From assembly GCA_973895155.1 (NCBI GenBank), contig OZ316896.1, positions 18,650,754 through 18,714,753 on the forward strand: 64,000 nt of DNA, written 5' to 3'. Positions 37,901-48,788 of this stretch are shown here, in pieces (positions within the stretch are counted from its first letter, which is position 1; each line of letters starts with the position of its first letter). Origin of the DNA: Marsupella aquatica. Its lineage: Eukaryota; Plantae; Marchantiophyta. The notes beneath the pieces are model-generated. The model did not search any database. It was not told the DNA's origin and saw nothing but the letters and a program-made list of their open reading frames with translations. The position numbers and the translations under genes are program-made.

Positions 37901-40541
37901 AAAAGCTAAAGAGTTAGCTTCAAGGAATCATGCAGAAGACTTCGAAAGGAAGCTGACACTTGTTCTTAATGAGAAAGAGCAATTAGAAGAGGAAGTTGAG
38001 GACCTCAAAATACGAGTACAAGATTCAGAGATGCTTGGTTTTGAAATACAAAGACTGCAGAATACTGTAAGGCAGTTGAAAAGCGAGAGGGATAGCTTTG
38101 ATGATTCTGCTAAGAACCTAAAGATCGTCAATGAGCTCCTTGAACAAGAGAAGGGCCACTTGGAGGAAGATATAACTGCCTGGGAAAAAGAAAATGAAGA
38201 ACTGAAGCATGCGAAGGTTGCCGTCGAGGAAAAGATTCTTCGTCTTCAATTGGAGCTGGAAAGCCAAGGCTCTGCACGATCCCTAGAGGCAGAGCAAAGA
38301 AGTGAGTCCATCAAGCTCCGTCGCCAGAACAGTGAGTTCAAGCGAAAACTAACTGAGTATGAAGAGGAGAAAGAAGAATTTCGAAGGAAAGTACAGCTGT
38401 TGGAGGGAGAACTTAAACAAAGGTCAGAGACGTTAGGACTGGTTGAGAAGAGGCTGAAGGACAAAGATCATGATGAGTATGGAAGACCAATCAGCAATGG
38501 CGGTAGTCCTGGCTTTCTTCAAAGATCACTTTCCAGGTCTAACAGTAAGATTAATCCTATGGGCTCACCGTCTCGAGACACGAAGGAGATGAATGAGATG
38601 CGCGAGAAGATGAAATTCCTTGAGGTACTTGATGTCGTAATTTGCACATCTGGCAAGTTTCCTGTTTCTCTAGAGTTAGTCTCTTCTAGACTTCTTCCTG
38701 TTATTCGTAGAACTGAATAGGAATAAGCTGTGGTGGGAGAGAGACTTACCACCATTTTCTGCAGGCTGATCTTGAGTTGAAGGCTACGGCATTGGATACA
38801 CTGAAGAAGGACTTCAGTGCAAAAGAGTCAATTTTATACAAGAAAATTGAGCTATTGGAAGGGGCCAATGAACAGCTTGTTCAAGGCGGCCCTGATTTGG
38901 GCATGGATCATCAACTGCAGATGGAGGTACTTTTATTCTTCAATGTCTACATTCAGCTGGAATTGTAATTATTATTTAAGAGGGGAGTAATGATGTTTGC
39001 TATTTGAGTCACGATGTGAGTTTTAGATGTGGAAGATCCTAGCTTGTACACTCAATGTGGCTCTCAGGCATGTCACCCAGAGGTATGAGCACCGACGTCG
39101 TGGCTGGTTGAGACACCGATGCATAGACATGAGTTTTCGCTGGAGCCTTCTGTCTCGATTCAAGGCGTCTTATTCACTAGAGTGCTTTGTGTGCATGTAT
39201 ATCTGTCATGGGCAGTTAGTACACTTAGCATGGCTAAATGTACTAAATGCCACCGTTATTTCTTTCTCCTTAGCTGGGGTTCCAAAGACGTAAATTCAAT
39301 CCAGTAGAATTGTTTCTAGAATGAGAGTAGTCATAAGTTGGAAAGCGAGTGGTTTCCACTGAGAAAAAATCCATGGAAGTATGCCGCGTAGGTATCGAAA
39401 GGATTCCCTAAAGGTCCTAGAGAGTTGTATACCTTAGTCATTGAGCAGTGGTAAAAGTTGTGCAACTTTTTAGTAGGAGCAACCTGTGGCTGGGTTCCAA
39501 ATTTCTTTCATTCAGAATTAACGTCAACTTTTGAGACATATGAGCCGCTCGTGAGTTCTGATGTAGAAAGTATGAATTTGCTGTGCAGTTGACAAGGCTG
39601 CAAAACTTGAATGGCCTGTTATCTCGCCGAGAGCGAGAGCTATTATCTCAATTGAGTACCCAGGAAGTGCTTCATAAAGAAGTCCAGAGACTGCAAGAGG
39701 TATTGTCCTCATCACAAACGAATCGCCTCTCATATCTTTACTTTCAGTCAACCTTTCTTGTGAAAAGTGTGAACGTCCCTTAGTCCATCCTGTCTGGAAG
39801 GGATTAATCAGATACTTAAAGGGTGATAGGACGTGCAAGCTTAGGGCTTACAGTTCTTTCCTTGCCCTATTGGAGAATGGAAATATGTAGATGCATTGTA
39901 GATTAATCACGTTCACAACAATCAGGGTGCATCTATTTTGGTGTGGAGTTGGCTTCAATTTCTGGATATGATTATCAACCCTGACCACGTGATTAAGGCT
40001 TTTGGAATTTGATGTGATGCAACAGGAAAATGAGCAGCTTGAGATTCGTTTCACCAGATTTAAAGATTCCACCAAGATCGGGAATATTGCGGAAAGAATG
40101 CTCTCTTTAGAGACGGAATTGACTGAAGCTATGGAAGCCAATGCGATGTATAAAATGCAACTACAGAAGTAAGTAAATCTCTGGTATCAATTGCTTAAGA
40201 CTTTAAGTTGCAGTGAGGACTTCAGAGCTTTGCTTATAAGCACACAATCATGGTCTGTGGTGATGAGCAACATAAGACTAACGAAGGCTTCTTCTTTTGG
40301 GTGTAGTGCTTTCGCCAAGCAGCATAATGTTCAAGCAGCTGCACTGCAGAATTATGGGGATGTGGACCAGATCATCGGTGAATTAGTTCGGTTTAAAACC
40401 AAGGCATCAAAGTCAGAGGAGGATGTCAAAGATTTACGTGAGCGTTACACGACGATGAGTTTAAAGTATGCTGAAGTTTCATCTCAGAAGGAAGAACTAA
40501 TCATGGCCCTTCGAAACTTGCGGAATGGCAAGAAATCGTAA
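31955..40541 (+). CDS. NT-C2 (EEIG1/EHBP1 N-terminal C2) domain protein with long coiled coil (plant myosin heavy chain-related family)
   Basis: Exons 31955-32032, 32390-32590, 33363-33485, 33739-33776, 33987-34167, 34376-34417, 34623-38624, 38765-38926, 39589-39699, 40026-40168 and 40307-40541 are all GT-AG and in frame. NT-C2 motifs: KVDFKFTFQATKVP..GWDKLVVSVVP..GTCTW..GSSRSGVLGEVTIDLADF..LPLRNCNAGTILH. Family motifs: LQLRKTQDSNxELVLA and the C-terminal LETELxEAMEANxMYKxQL...ERYTTMSLKYAEV. Confidence 0.9.
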
Positions 40542-43524
40542 GGGGATCACCCTGATTCATACCTTGGCTTGTGATCTCACTTTTGATATCTGCGTATGAA
40601 GGCTTTGGATACTCAACGTCGCCGGCAGTTTGCACATGGTTTGTAACCCTTTTTTATGGTTTCAACTTTACCAATTACAGTTATCTTATTCTCTAATTTT
40701 TATGACGGGCATTTCAAAGAGATGACGCCTGTGAGGAGCTCAAGAAATGAAACCATATTCAGATTGAAAGAGACCAGGAGCATCTGTTTGTTTCTGTTCT
40801 ATTGAGATCTTATTATTAGTCTTTAGATCCTGAAACTCATATCGATTTTTAAATCTATTCGATTCTATACGATAGTCTTTGACCGGCAAAAATGTGTTCG
40901 TGATTTCAGAGGTTCCTCTTACCTGTGGGCTCGCAAAGCTGAGTAACAGAGCCCCTTTGATGCCACTTGAGCTGGAAAGGTTCGCGACATATCACCACTT
41001 TGACGTAGCTGTTGGTGGCCATTCTTCTATTATAGTGAATAATATCCGAAGCCAAACCTGGGAACTCAAAGTTGAGATGCTTTGATTCTAGCATTCTTGG
41101 CAAAACCCATTTTGACAATTGTATCATTTGATCACGCCCAGATTATATGAACCTTGTAGACAAGGAATGTCTGTTCTCATGTGTAGTTACAAGCAGACCA
41201 TTTTCCTGAGATTTGTATCATTGATATTTTAACGTCTTACAGCAATTTTGTACCCTTGTATTCAACATTGTATTACAATCCAGTCATTTTATCTTTCAGT
41301 TGGGACTGGACCTTTACGACTATTTTCCATTCTGATGTTCGGTCATGCGACTATCAAAGTCGATTTCTTTTAATCTGGAACGTGTTGTTGGGGCTCTCAA
41401 GAGGCACCTTTAGATGTCTGTTCCGTGATGACAGTCTTGAGATGGTCTGGATGATTTGGATTTTAAAGCGAGAAAGGCGAACTGAAATTCTAAAATGAAA
41501 GATTCCCTTGACGTGCACTCGATTTGAACAGTCAGTATTGCTACGCGTAAAGCTGAATCAGATTGTTCTACGCATATTATTGCAATTCTGTGATCGTCGC
41601 AAGACTACGCTACATTGGAAAGTGTGTTAATGCGTTCATGAGTACCCAGCGGAAAGAGTTTGATAGAACTGATTTGCTCGTGGATTTCACATCTTTGACA
41701 AGAAACAATATTTTTAGTCTCTTGCTTATACTCTTTAACAAGGAAAACATGGGAAACTCAAATATCTAAGGCTGGGCCTCAACTTTTTCTCGCTTGCTTG
41801 CACTTTAACAAGGCACAAATCGACAACTGAAATATCTGGGCGTGATGAGCCTTCTTGGAGTAAAGAATATATAAGAATCTCAGTACAATTAAACCACAAG
41901 TTTCCCCATTAAGTACTCTCTGTAGCCAGTAGTACTCATTTCACATACAGGACAATTGTTATTGCCTATTCTAAGAAGCATACAATATTTTCAGGGATTC
42001 TTGAGTATCAGTGTCATCTTTCTGCCTACACTAAGGAGCACACAATATTTTCAGAAATTCTTGAGTATCAGTGTCATCTCAGTAGTTCACGTTAAAGTTT
42101 TGGCTCAAAATGAAGATCTTGGAGATATCTATGTTCCAAAAAAAACCTCATCAAAAAATCGTTCATAAGTTTAGGTAATCACCAAAAACATCACCATTGG
42201 GGACAAAGTACTGCTCAAACCTTAGGTCTCACCATTCCACAAAAAGAATCACATGTAAAACTTGTTTATATTTTACAGGAAATCACCACAAAATGGTTTT
42301 AGATGCAAAGTGAGTGAGAGAGCCTGCAAGGTGGCTGGTTAGGGGTAGGGGTCCTTTTATAGTGGAGTTGTGGATTAAAGAAACCAGAGTACAACATCTA
42401 ACCCTCCATTCAATTCAAACCCAAAATTACTCCAGGAACATATTTACAACCTGAACACCAAAACTAATTGCCTATGAGCTGCATTAAATGTTTAGGTGAG
42501 AACTGTTTACATAGTGCCCTAGGTGCACTGTAGTGAGCCTAAGAGGTGCCAATGAGCTTCATAAACTGTTTACGTGAAACATCATGGCTTGGGCTAAGCA
42601 ATTCCTTCTTGGGCGTCGCTCCCATTCCTGTGGTAAGTTCTCATCACTCTCGTCTTCCACAACATGTTGTGGAGGATTACACATGCAATGCAAATGTCTT
42701 TGATGACACCTGTGCTATATATCCTACAGGCCAGGGGTTTCAAACTATTGCAAATCTAGCCTGCAAAATGCCAAATGCCCTCTCCACATGTCCTTCCTGG
42801 CTCCTTCTTGACATTTGGCAAACCATTTCCTTGCATCTCCTTGTGGAAGTGCAATTGTCTGGACAAATATAGAGGAGTCGGTATAGATCCATCCGTGAGA
42901 CGGTATTACTGAGAATAACCTGTCCCATTTATTGTGAAGGTCACTTTTCTATTGCTCCTCAACATATTATTCACAATTGGTGATCTGTCTAGCAAGTCGA
43001 GGTCATTGTTACGTCTGGGCAGACCAAAATAAGCATGCCACAACCACAAGGATTGATCACCTATGGCCTCCAAGACCATAGATTTATACCTATCCTTGTT
43101 GGTGAAAAGTCCTTGTCAGGCAACAATTTAATGATCCAAACATACCAAGGAACCTTCTGGCATCATTAATCATAATTTGTTTCTCCAGGTCCTCCCTAGT
43201 TGGTTGCCTGAGGTATTGTGCCTCAAATACTTCTCGGATGGCCCTGCAGAATCTCTTCAATGAATCCAACGCAGTGGATTCAGCAATTCAGCAATACTTG
43301 GCGTCAGCTGAAACTCCTAGCAAAAGTTGCCAAAGTGCTGGTGTAATTTTCTGAATTGAAGAATGCCCAAGCAATCCAGCAGCGTCTCTTTTCTGGACAA
43401 AATACTCATCATGTTCACACACAGCATCATGAATTTTCCAAAACAAGTGTCGCCTCATCCTATACCTTTGTCTAAAGTGGGCATCCGTATACACTGGATT
43501 CATACGAAAGTAGTCATCCTAGAT

Positions 43525-43807
43525 CTCGGGGGTTTCACTTCCACAAAAATGGCATATCACGTGCGACAAAGTATAGGGTCATTTTATTGGTCCGAAAGAA
43601 AGACTTAAGAATTTTTTGAGAAGAACAATGGGGTCTTTTAAATCCAATTTTGAGACTTATAAGAACATTAGGGTCCTTATAACCAAATTTTTGGAATATT
43701 CCAACTTTATAGAGGTTGAAAAACATTTTTTTCTTACATTTTAGGGGGCCCAAGGCCTAAAAATGTCGCAGGTGATGGGGAGACATCCATATAGTGAGAC
43801 CCCCGAG
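43525..43807. mobile_element. hAT-type MITE (283 bp)
   Basis: 15-bp TIRs CTCGGGGGTTTCACT / AGTGAGACCCCCGAG (1 mismatch). Perfect 8-bp TSD TCCTAGAT at 43517-43524 and 43808-43815. Confidence 0.9.
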
Positions 43808-43850
43808 TCCTAGATTTGTCTGTGGCCAGCGGCACTATCTCCATCATTAT

Positions 43851-44289
43851 TGTTGAGCATAGACGACGATCGCAACGGCAAGCCCATGAACCATCCAACG
43901 CACAATAGTCGACACAAGAGATACGTGGTTCACCTCCTTGAGGTTACGTCCACGGGAACACACAAGAGAGCTTTACTGAACTCTAAGCCCGTCGGCTATA
44001 CCGAGTCTCCACAGTGTAAGCTCTCCCTATCTCTCAAGTGGCTCCATAACAATGAGCCTTGGTTCTACCTCTCCAAGCACACATGCCTCTTATGATATAG
44101 TGTGCAACTTAGTTGTACCTAACCACATAGTTGTACCTAACCACATAGTTGTACCTAATCACGTAGTTGTACCTAACCACATAGTTGTACCTAATCACGT
44201 AGTTGTACCTAACCACGTAGTTGTACCAACCCACGTTGTTGTACCAACCACGTCATACCTAACCTAGACGTAAGAGTAAATACCCAACA
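43851..44289 (-). repeat. 3' LTR of copia element
   Basis: TGTTGAGC...ACCCAACA. Matches 49943-50381 except T43944 vs C50036 (the only difference seen). Confidence 0.97.
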
Positions 44290-44300
44290 ATCTTCCCCTT
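44290..44300 (-). other. Polypurine tract
   Basis: Minus strand AAGGGGAAGAT immediately precedes the 3' LTR. Confidence 0.9.
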
Positions 44301-44480
44301 GACTCTGGTCTAGGGGAGAGTAATACTGCCAATGTATATGATCCCTCAGCGGGAAGTTCTGGACAGAAACCAAACCGGTTTCCCTCTCTAACTAGAGCAA
44401 ACCAGAACTAAGTCGTAGCCTAATACATAGGAATGAGGAAGAGCATATATCAGTAATTACAATGAATGTTTAAGAAAACT

Positions 44481-47400
44481 CTACTTGTGATGCAATTGCA
44501 AAACCTGCAATACGTCACGGTGTCTAGAGAAACTCTCCAAAGGAATCACTTTGGTAAATGCGTCAGCCGGGTTGAGTTTACCATCAATCTTGACTAGCTC
44601 AAACAAATTATCAGACACAGCCTGCCTGATAAAATGGTACCTGACGTCAATGTGCTTCACTCTGCTGTCCATCACCTGGTTCACAGCAAGGTGGAGCGCA
44701 CTTTGACTATCACAATGGAGCTTCACATTCCCCTGTGGCAATCCCATTTCAGTGATAAGTCTATCCAACCAAATCGCTTCCTTTGCTGCTTCCGCAGCTG
44801 CAACATACTCCGCTTCTGTAGTAGACTGAGCAATACACTTCTGCAAAGTAGACCTCCAACTTATGCATCCACCGCCAAGTGTGAACACGTATCCTGTTGT
44901 TGATCTCCTTCGGTCCAAATCTTGTCCATAGTCAGAATCTACATAGCCAATCAATGATCTAGCATTCTTTGCATTCGCATCAAATAAAAGACCATGATCC
45001 ACGGTACCCTTCAAGTACCTGATAATCCACTTCACTGCTTCCCAGTGTACCTTCCCTGGATTCGACATGTACCTGCTCACCTTGCCCATAGCCATGGCAA
45101 GATCAGGTCTAGTGCAAGTCATCAAATACATGAGACTCCCCACTGCCTTGTCATATGGAACCTTTGACATCAACCCCTTCTCTGTGTCATCCGTAGGACA
45201 GAACGCTGATGATAACTTGAAGTGTGGAGCCAACGGGGTACTTACTGGCTTGCTATTCTCCATGTTGAACCTTGCAATTACCTTCCTCGCATAACTGCTC
45301 TGCGTCAACCATAGTTTGCCAGCCTCCAAGTCCCTAGTGATCTCCATACCCAAAATCCTCTTAGCTGGCCCTAAGTCCTTCATCTTAAACTCTGCACTAA
45401 GCAGTGCCTTGAGCTTAACAATCTCAGACCTATCCTTGGCTGCAATTAGCATGTCATCCACATAAAGTACTAAAACAATGAACCCAAAGACAACATTCTT
45501 CACCGGTTTCAAATACACACAAGGGTCAAATACACTTCTGTGAAAACCTTGTGACCGAATCCAATCGTCAAACCGCTTGTTCCACTGTCTTGGTGACTGC
45601 TTCAACCCATACAAGGATTTCAGCAATCTGCAAACCAATTCCTCCTGTCCTCTCTTCACAAAACCTAGCGGTTGTCTCATGAAGATCACCTCTTCCAATG
45701 TGCCATAGAGGAAAGCTGTGACAACATCCATCTGATCTAGGAGCAGACCAAACATTACAACAAGTACACACAATAGTCGTATTGTAGAGTACTTAGCAAC
45801 TGGTGAGAAGACCTCATTGTAATCCACACCTTTCTCTTGTGTGAATCCCTTTGCTACCAATCTAGCCTTGTAGACCTTCGATCCACCTCCTATGGAATTA
45901 TCCTTCAGCTTGTAAATCCACTTGCTGTCCACCACTTGCTGACCCTTAGGCAGCTTAACAAGCTCCCAAGTTTTGTTGTCCTTTAGTGACTGCATCTCCG
46001 TTTGCATTGCTGCAGTCCACTTCTGCTTCTCCTTTGAAGCACTTGCCTCATGAAATGAAGAAGGTTCTCCTTCTTCCAAAATTAACGCATCACCCTCATC
46101 ATCAGCTGTAAAATCATCCTCTTGCAGTTGAGATGAATCAACCCACTGTCCATACCTTGATGGAGCGCGTACAGTGCGACCAGATGTTCTTCTAGCCGAT
46201 GACTCCGGTTGATCTGCGTGTGCTGGTACAATTTGAAGCTCAACAACATCCACTTGCTGCTCACCAGCATCAACAAACTCCTCTGGTTCCTCTGGCACAG
46301 GAACCAGCTCCATAATTGGAGCAACTCCTTCTCTCCGGTCATGCACCTCATAACCAATCTCCCCCTCAACGAGATCCGGGATAGGAGATTTTCCTTTGTC
46401 AGTACGGGAGACCTGAGTATTCTCCCCCTCCTTCAATAATCTGGATTCATTGAAGGAAACATTCCTACTGACAACGAGCTTACAGGCAATAGGATCCCAT
46501 AGCCTATAGGCTTTCACACCACTCTGGTACCCAAGAAAAACACATTTCCTGGAGGTAGGATCCAACTTGGTCCTATTCTGCTTTGGTGTGAGAGCATATG
46601 CATCACTTCCAAAAATTACCAAGCCATGATAGTCTGCTTGCCGCTTATAGCGCATCTCAAACGGCGTTTTGAAATTGATAGCACTAGAAGGAGAAAGATT
46701 TACCAAATAAGCTGCGGTATTGACAGCTTCTGCCCAAAATTCTTGTGGTAAACCTGATTGGCTCAACATACTCCGTGACCGCTCCAACAGTGTCCGATTG
46801 AGCCTCTCAGCGACACCATTCTGCTGCGGAGTATAAACTGTGGTGAGATGGCGAGTTATCCCCTGTTCTGAACAGTACTCTTCAAATTCCATTGAAGTGT
46901 ACTCCCCGCCATTGTCTGACCTCAGACTCTTCACCCTTGTATCCAAACACTTGATCGTGTTTCCAGTCTGATTCTCCACCTGGGCCTTCCACTTCTTAAA
47001 AATGGACAAGACATCAGACTTATGCGTCATGAAATAAATCCACACAAATCTTGAGTAATCATCAATAAATGATACATAGTACAACTTTCCAGAGTGTGAG
47101 GGAGTCGGGGATGGACCCCACACGTCACTATGTATGTACTCAAGAACCGCTTTGGAACGATGAGTTCCAACACCAAAAGCACGACGATGCTGCTTTCCAA
47201 GAATGCAATGCTCACAAAACTCTAATTTACAAGATTGCAAATCAGAAATGAGTCCATTCTTCCGTAAGATAGCCAAACCCTTCTCACTCATGTGGCCTAG
47301 CCGTGAATGCCACAGTTGAGTCATCTCCTCGTGAGACTTGGTTACATTGGCCTCTCCACATACAGTATTGCCCTGTAACACATACAAATTCTTTTGTCTA

Positions 47401-47753
47401 CTCCCCTTCAAAATCACTGTCTCTCCCGACCTGACTTGAAGTTCACCATCAATAACGCTCCATTGATGACCATTTGAATCCAACACACCGAGTGAAATCA
47501 GATTCTTACGCATGCCAGGTACATACCTGACTCCGGACACTGTGCGCACAGCGCCATCAAACATTTGAATCTTCACAGACCCAATTCCCTCAATTTGACA
47601 GGAGTGATCATTTCCCATCAGAACTGAACCGTTTGAAATAGAGTAAGAACTGAAAAACTCACGAATGTAACAAATATGAAAAGAGCAAGCACAATCAAGA
47701 ATCCACACATCATCTGCTCTCCTAGATGACGTGCACAGGGCATACCCCCGGCT
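44481..47753 (-). CDS. pol: Copia Pol (protease, GAG-pre-integrase, integrase, RT, RNase H)
   Basis: Motifs WILDCACSFH (PR), LWHSRLGH..CEHC, HSDVWGP, RSDNGGEY, QNGVAER, KARLVAKG, YVDDML, DSDY, AEYVA and KHIDVRYHFIR. The frame is open from the codon right after the gag TGA, and there is no in-frame ATG before the protease motif. Confidence 0.95.
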   Translation of the reverse strand, partial: SRGYALCTSSRRADDVWILDCACSFHICYIREFFSSYSISNGSVLMGNDHSCQIEGIGSVKIQMFDGAVRTVSGVRYVPGMRKNLISLGVLDSNGHQWSVIDGELQVRSGETVILKGSRQKNLYVLQGNTVCGEANVTKSHEEMTQLWHSRLGHMSEKGLAILRKNGLISDLQSCKLEFCEHCILGKQHRRAFGVGTHRSKAVLEYIHSDVWGPSPTPSHSGKLYYVSFIDDYSRFVWIYFMTHKSDVLSIFKKWKAQVENQTGNTIKCLDTRVKSLRSDNGGEYTSMEFEEYCSEQGITRHLTTVYTPQQNGVAERLNRTLLERSRSMLSQSGLPQEFWAEAVNTAAYLVNLSPSSAINFKTPFEMRYKRQADYHGLVIFGSDAYALTPKQNRTKLDPTSRKCVFLGYQSGVKAYRLWDPIACKLVVSRNVSFNESRLLKEGENTQVSRTDKGKSPIPDLVEGEIGYEVHDRREGVAPIMELVPVPEEPEEFVDAGEQQVDVVELQIVPAHADQPESSARRTSGRTVRAPSRYGQWVDSSQLQEDDFTADDEGDALILEEGEPSSFHEASASKEKQKWTAAMQTEMQSLKDNKTWELVKLPKGQQVVDSKWIYKLKDNSIGGGSKVYKARLVAKGFTQEKGVDYNEVFSPVAKYSTIRLLCVLVVMFGLLLDQMDVVTAFLYGTLEEVIFMRQPLGFVKRGQEELVCRLLKSLYGLKQSPRQWNKRFDDWIRSQGFHRSVFDPCVYLKPVKNVVFGFIVLVLYVDDMLIAAKDRSEIVKLKALLSAEFKMKDLGPAKRILGMEITRDLEAGKLWLTQSSYARKVIARFNMENSKPVSTPLAPHFKLSSAFCPTDDTEKGLMSKVPYDKAVGSLMYLMTCTRPDLAMAMGKVSRYMSNPGKVHWEAVKWIIRYLKGTVDHGLLFDANAKNARSLIGYVDSDYGQDLDRRRSTTGYVFTLGGGCISWRSTLQKCIAQSTTEAEYVAAAEAAKEAIWLDRLITEMGLPQGNVKLHCDSQSALHLAVNQVMDSRVKHIDVRYHFIRQAVSDNLFELVKIDGKLNPADAFTKVIPLESFSRHRDVLQVLQLHHK

Positions 47754-48788
47754 TCATAAAACATACTCATCATTGAGTAAATCAGCTTCTCCATCAGCCC
47801 TAGCCACATTTGCCGATGAAGTTTCCGTTGCCTTTCCCTTACAGTCTCGCTTGAAGTGTCCAACTTGGTTGCACTTCCAACATGTCACCTGCCTCCTCTG
47901 AGGGGATTTACCCTTGGACTTAGATCTGGATTTAGATCTAAACTGGGTTCTACGGTCCCCAGTTGGTCGCTGCATACTCCTCCCACGGTTAACATTGAGG
48001 GCAGCACCAGATGATGAAGGCTGTGACGTGATGTGCATCTTCTGCTGAAGATCATCACTAAGCAGAGAACTTATCACATCATTGTATGAAATGGTATCCC
48101 TATCACGATGCAACAACACTCGTGATAGGGACTGGTAAGATGGAGGCAATGAACTAAGAAGCTGTAGAGCCTTCGTCTCATCATTCAAAGTCTCCCCAAG
48201 GTTTTCCAAGTCAACGACCATGTCGTTGAAAGCATCCACATGGTCTTGCAACTTCGTACCAGATTCCTTCATCCTGAAACTCATCAGTTTGTAGGAAGTG
48301 TAGAGCCAGTTCGACAACTCCTTGCGGTGATACTTGCTCTGCAATTCCGCAAATAAGGACATGCAATCCTTATGTGCACCCAACTGCTTGATGATGGGAG
48401 GCATGAGATAGAGTGTAACACACCACACTCCCTGCTCCTGCATGCGGTCCCATTGTTTCTCATCAACATCGTCTTCACGAGGGCTCAGCAGTTGGCCCAT
48501 CCCTGACGCATAAAGCACTCCCTTCACCTGCTTCTCCCATAGCAAGTAGTCAGAGCGCCCATCATACTTTGTCACTTCATACTTGGGTCCCCCAAGCTTG
48601 AAAGTCCCCATCTTCTTCTTTACCGTGAGCTCCGGTAGTAGTACTGCTTCCTCCACCACACGCCGCACCGGTGATGGTATCGGTGTCACGTGCTCTTCCT
48701 CCTGCTCCTCTCTCTGCCCCTGAAACCTCCGCGGTGACCCTCGTGCTTCAAGTTCCACATCTTCGAAAAACTCCTCCGAATCACTCAT
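47754..48788 (-). CDS. gag: Copia Gag (344 aa) with acidic N-terminal extension and CCHC zinc knuckle
   Basis: ATG at 48788 (MSDSEEFF...), KYEVTKYDGRSDYLLW, LLSSLPPSY and CWKCNQVGHFKRDC. It ends in TGA at 47756-47754. Confidence 0.93.
   Translation of the reverse strand: MSDSEEFFEDVELEARGSPRRFQGQREEQEEEHVTPIPSPVRRVVEEAVLLPELTVKKKMGTFKLGGPKYEVTKYDGRSDYLLWEKQVKGVLYASGMGQLLSPREDDVDEKQWDRMQEQGVWCVTLYLMPPIIKQLGAHKDCMSLFAELQSKYHRKELSNWLYTSYKLMSFRMKESGTKLQDHVDAFNDMVVDLENLGETLNDETKALQLLSSLPPSYQSLSRVLLHRDRDTISYNDVISSLLSDDLQQKMHITSQPSSSGAALNVNRGRSMQRPTGDRRTQFRSKSRSKSKGKSPQRRQVTCWKCNQVGHFKRDCKGKATETSSANVARADGEADLLNDEYVL

Noticed and set aside
35360-38755. Ser-rich antisense ORFs within the coiled-coil exon (and similar ones opposite the F-box and PheRS genes)
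   Set aside because: They are shadow frames caused by the codon bias of the sense genes.
44052-44267. ORF with VVPNH(I/V) repeats (also 50144-50359); superficially CRISPR- or repeat-protein-like
   Set aside because: It is a translation of the 18-bp LTR tandem array. There are no unique spacers and it is antisense to the element.
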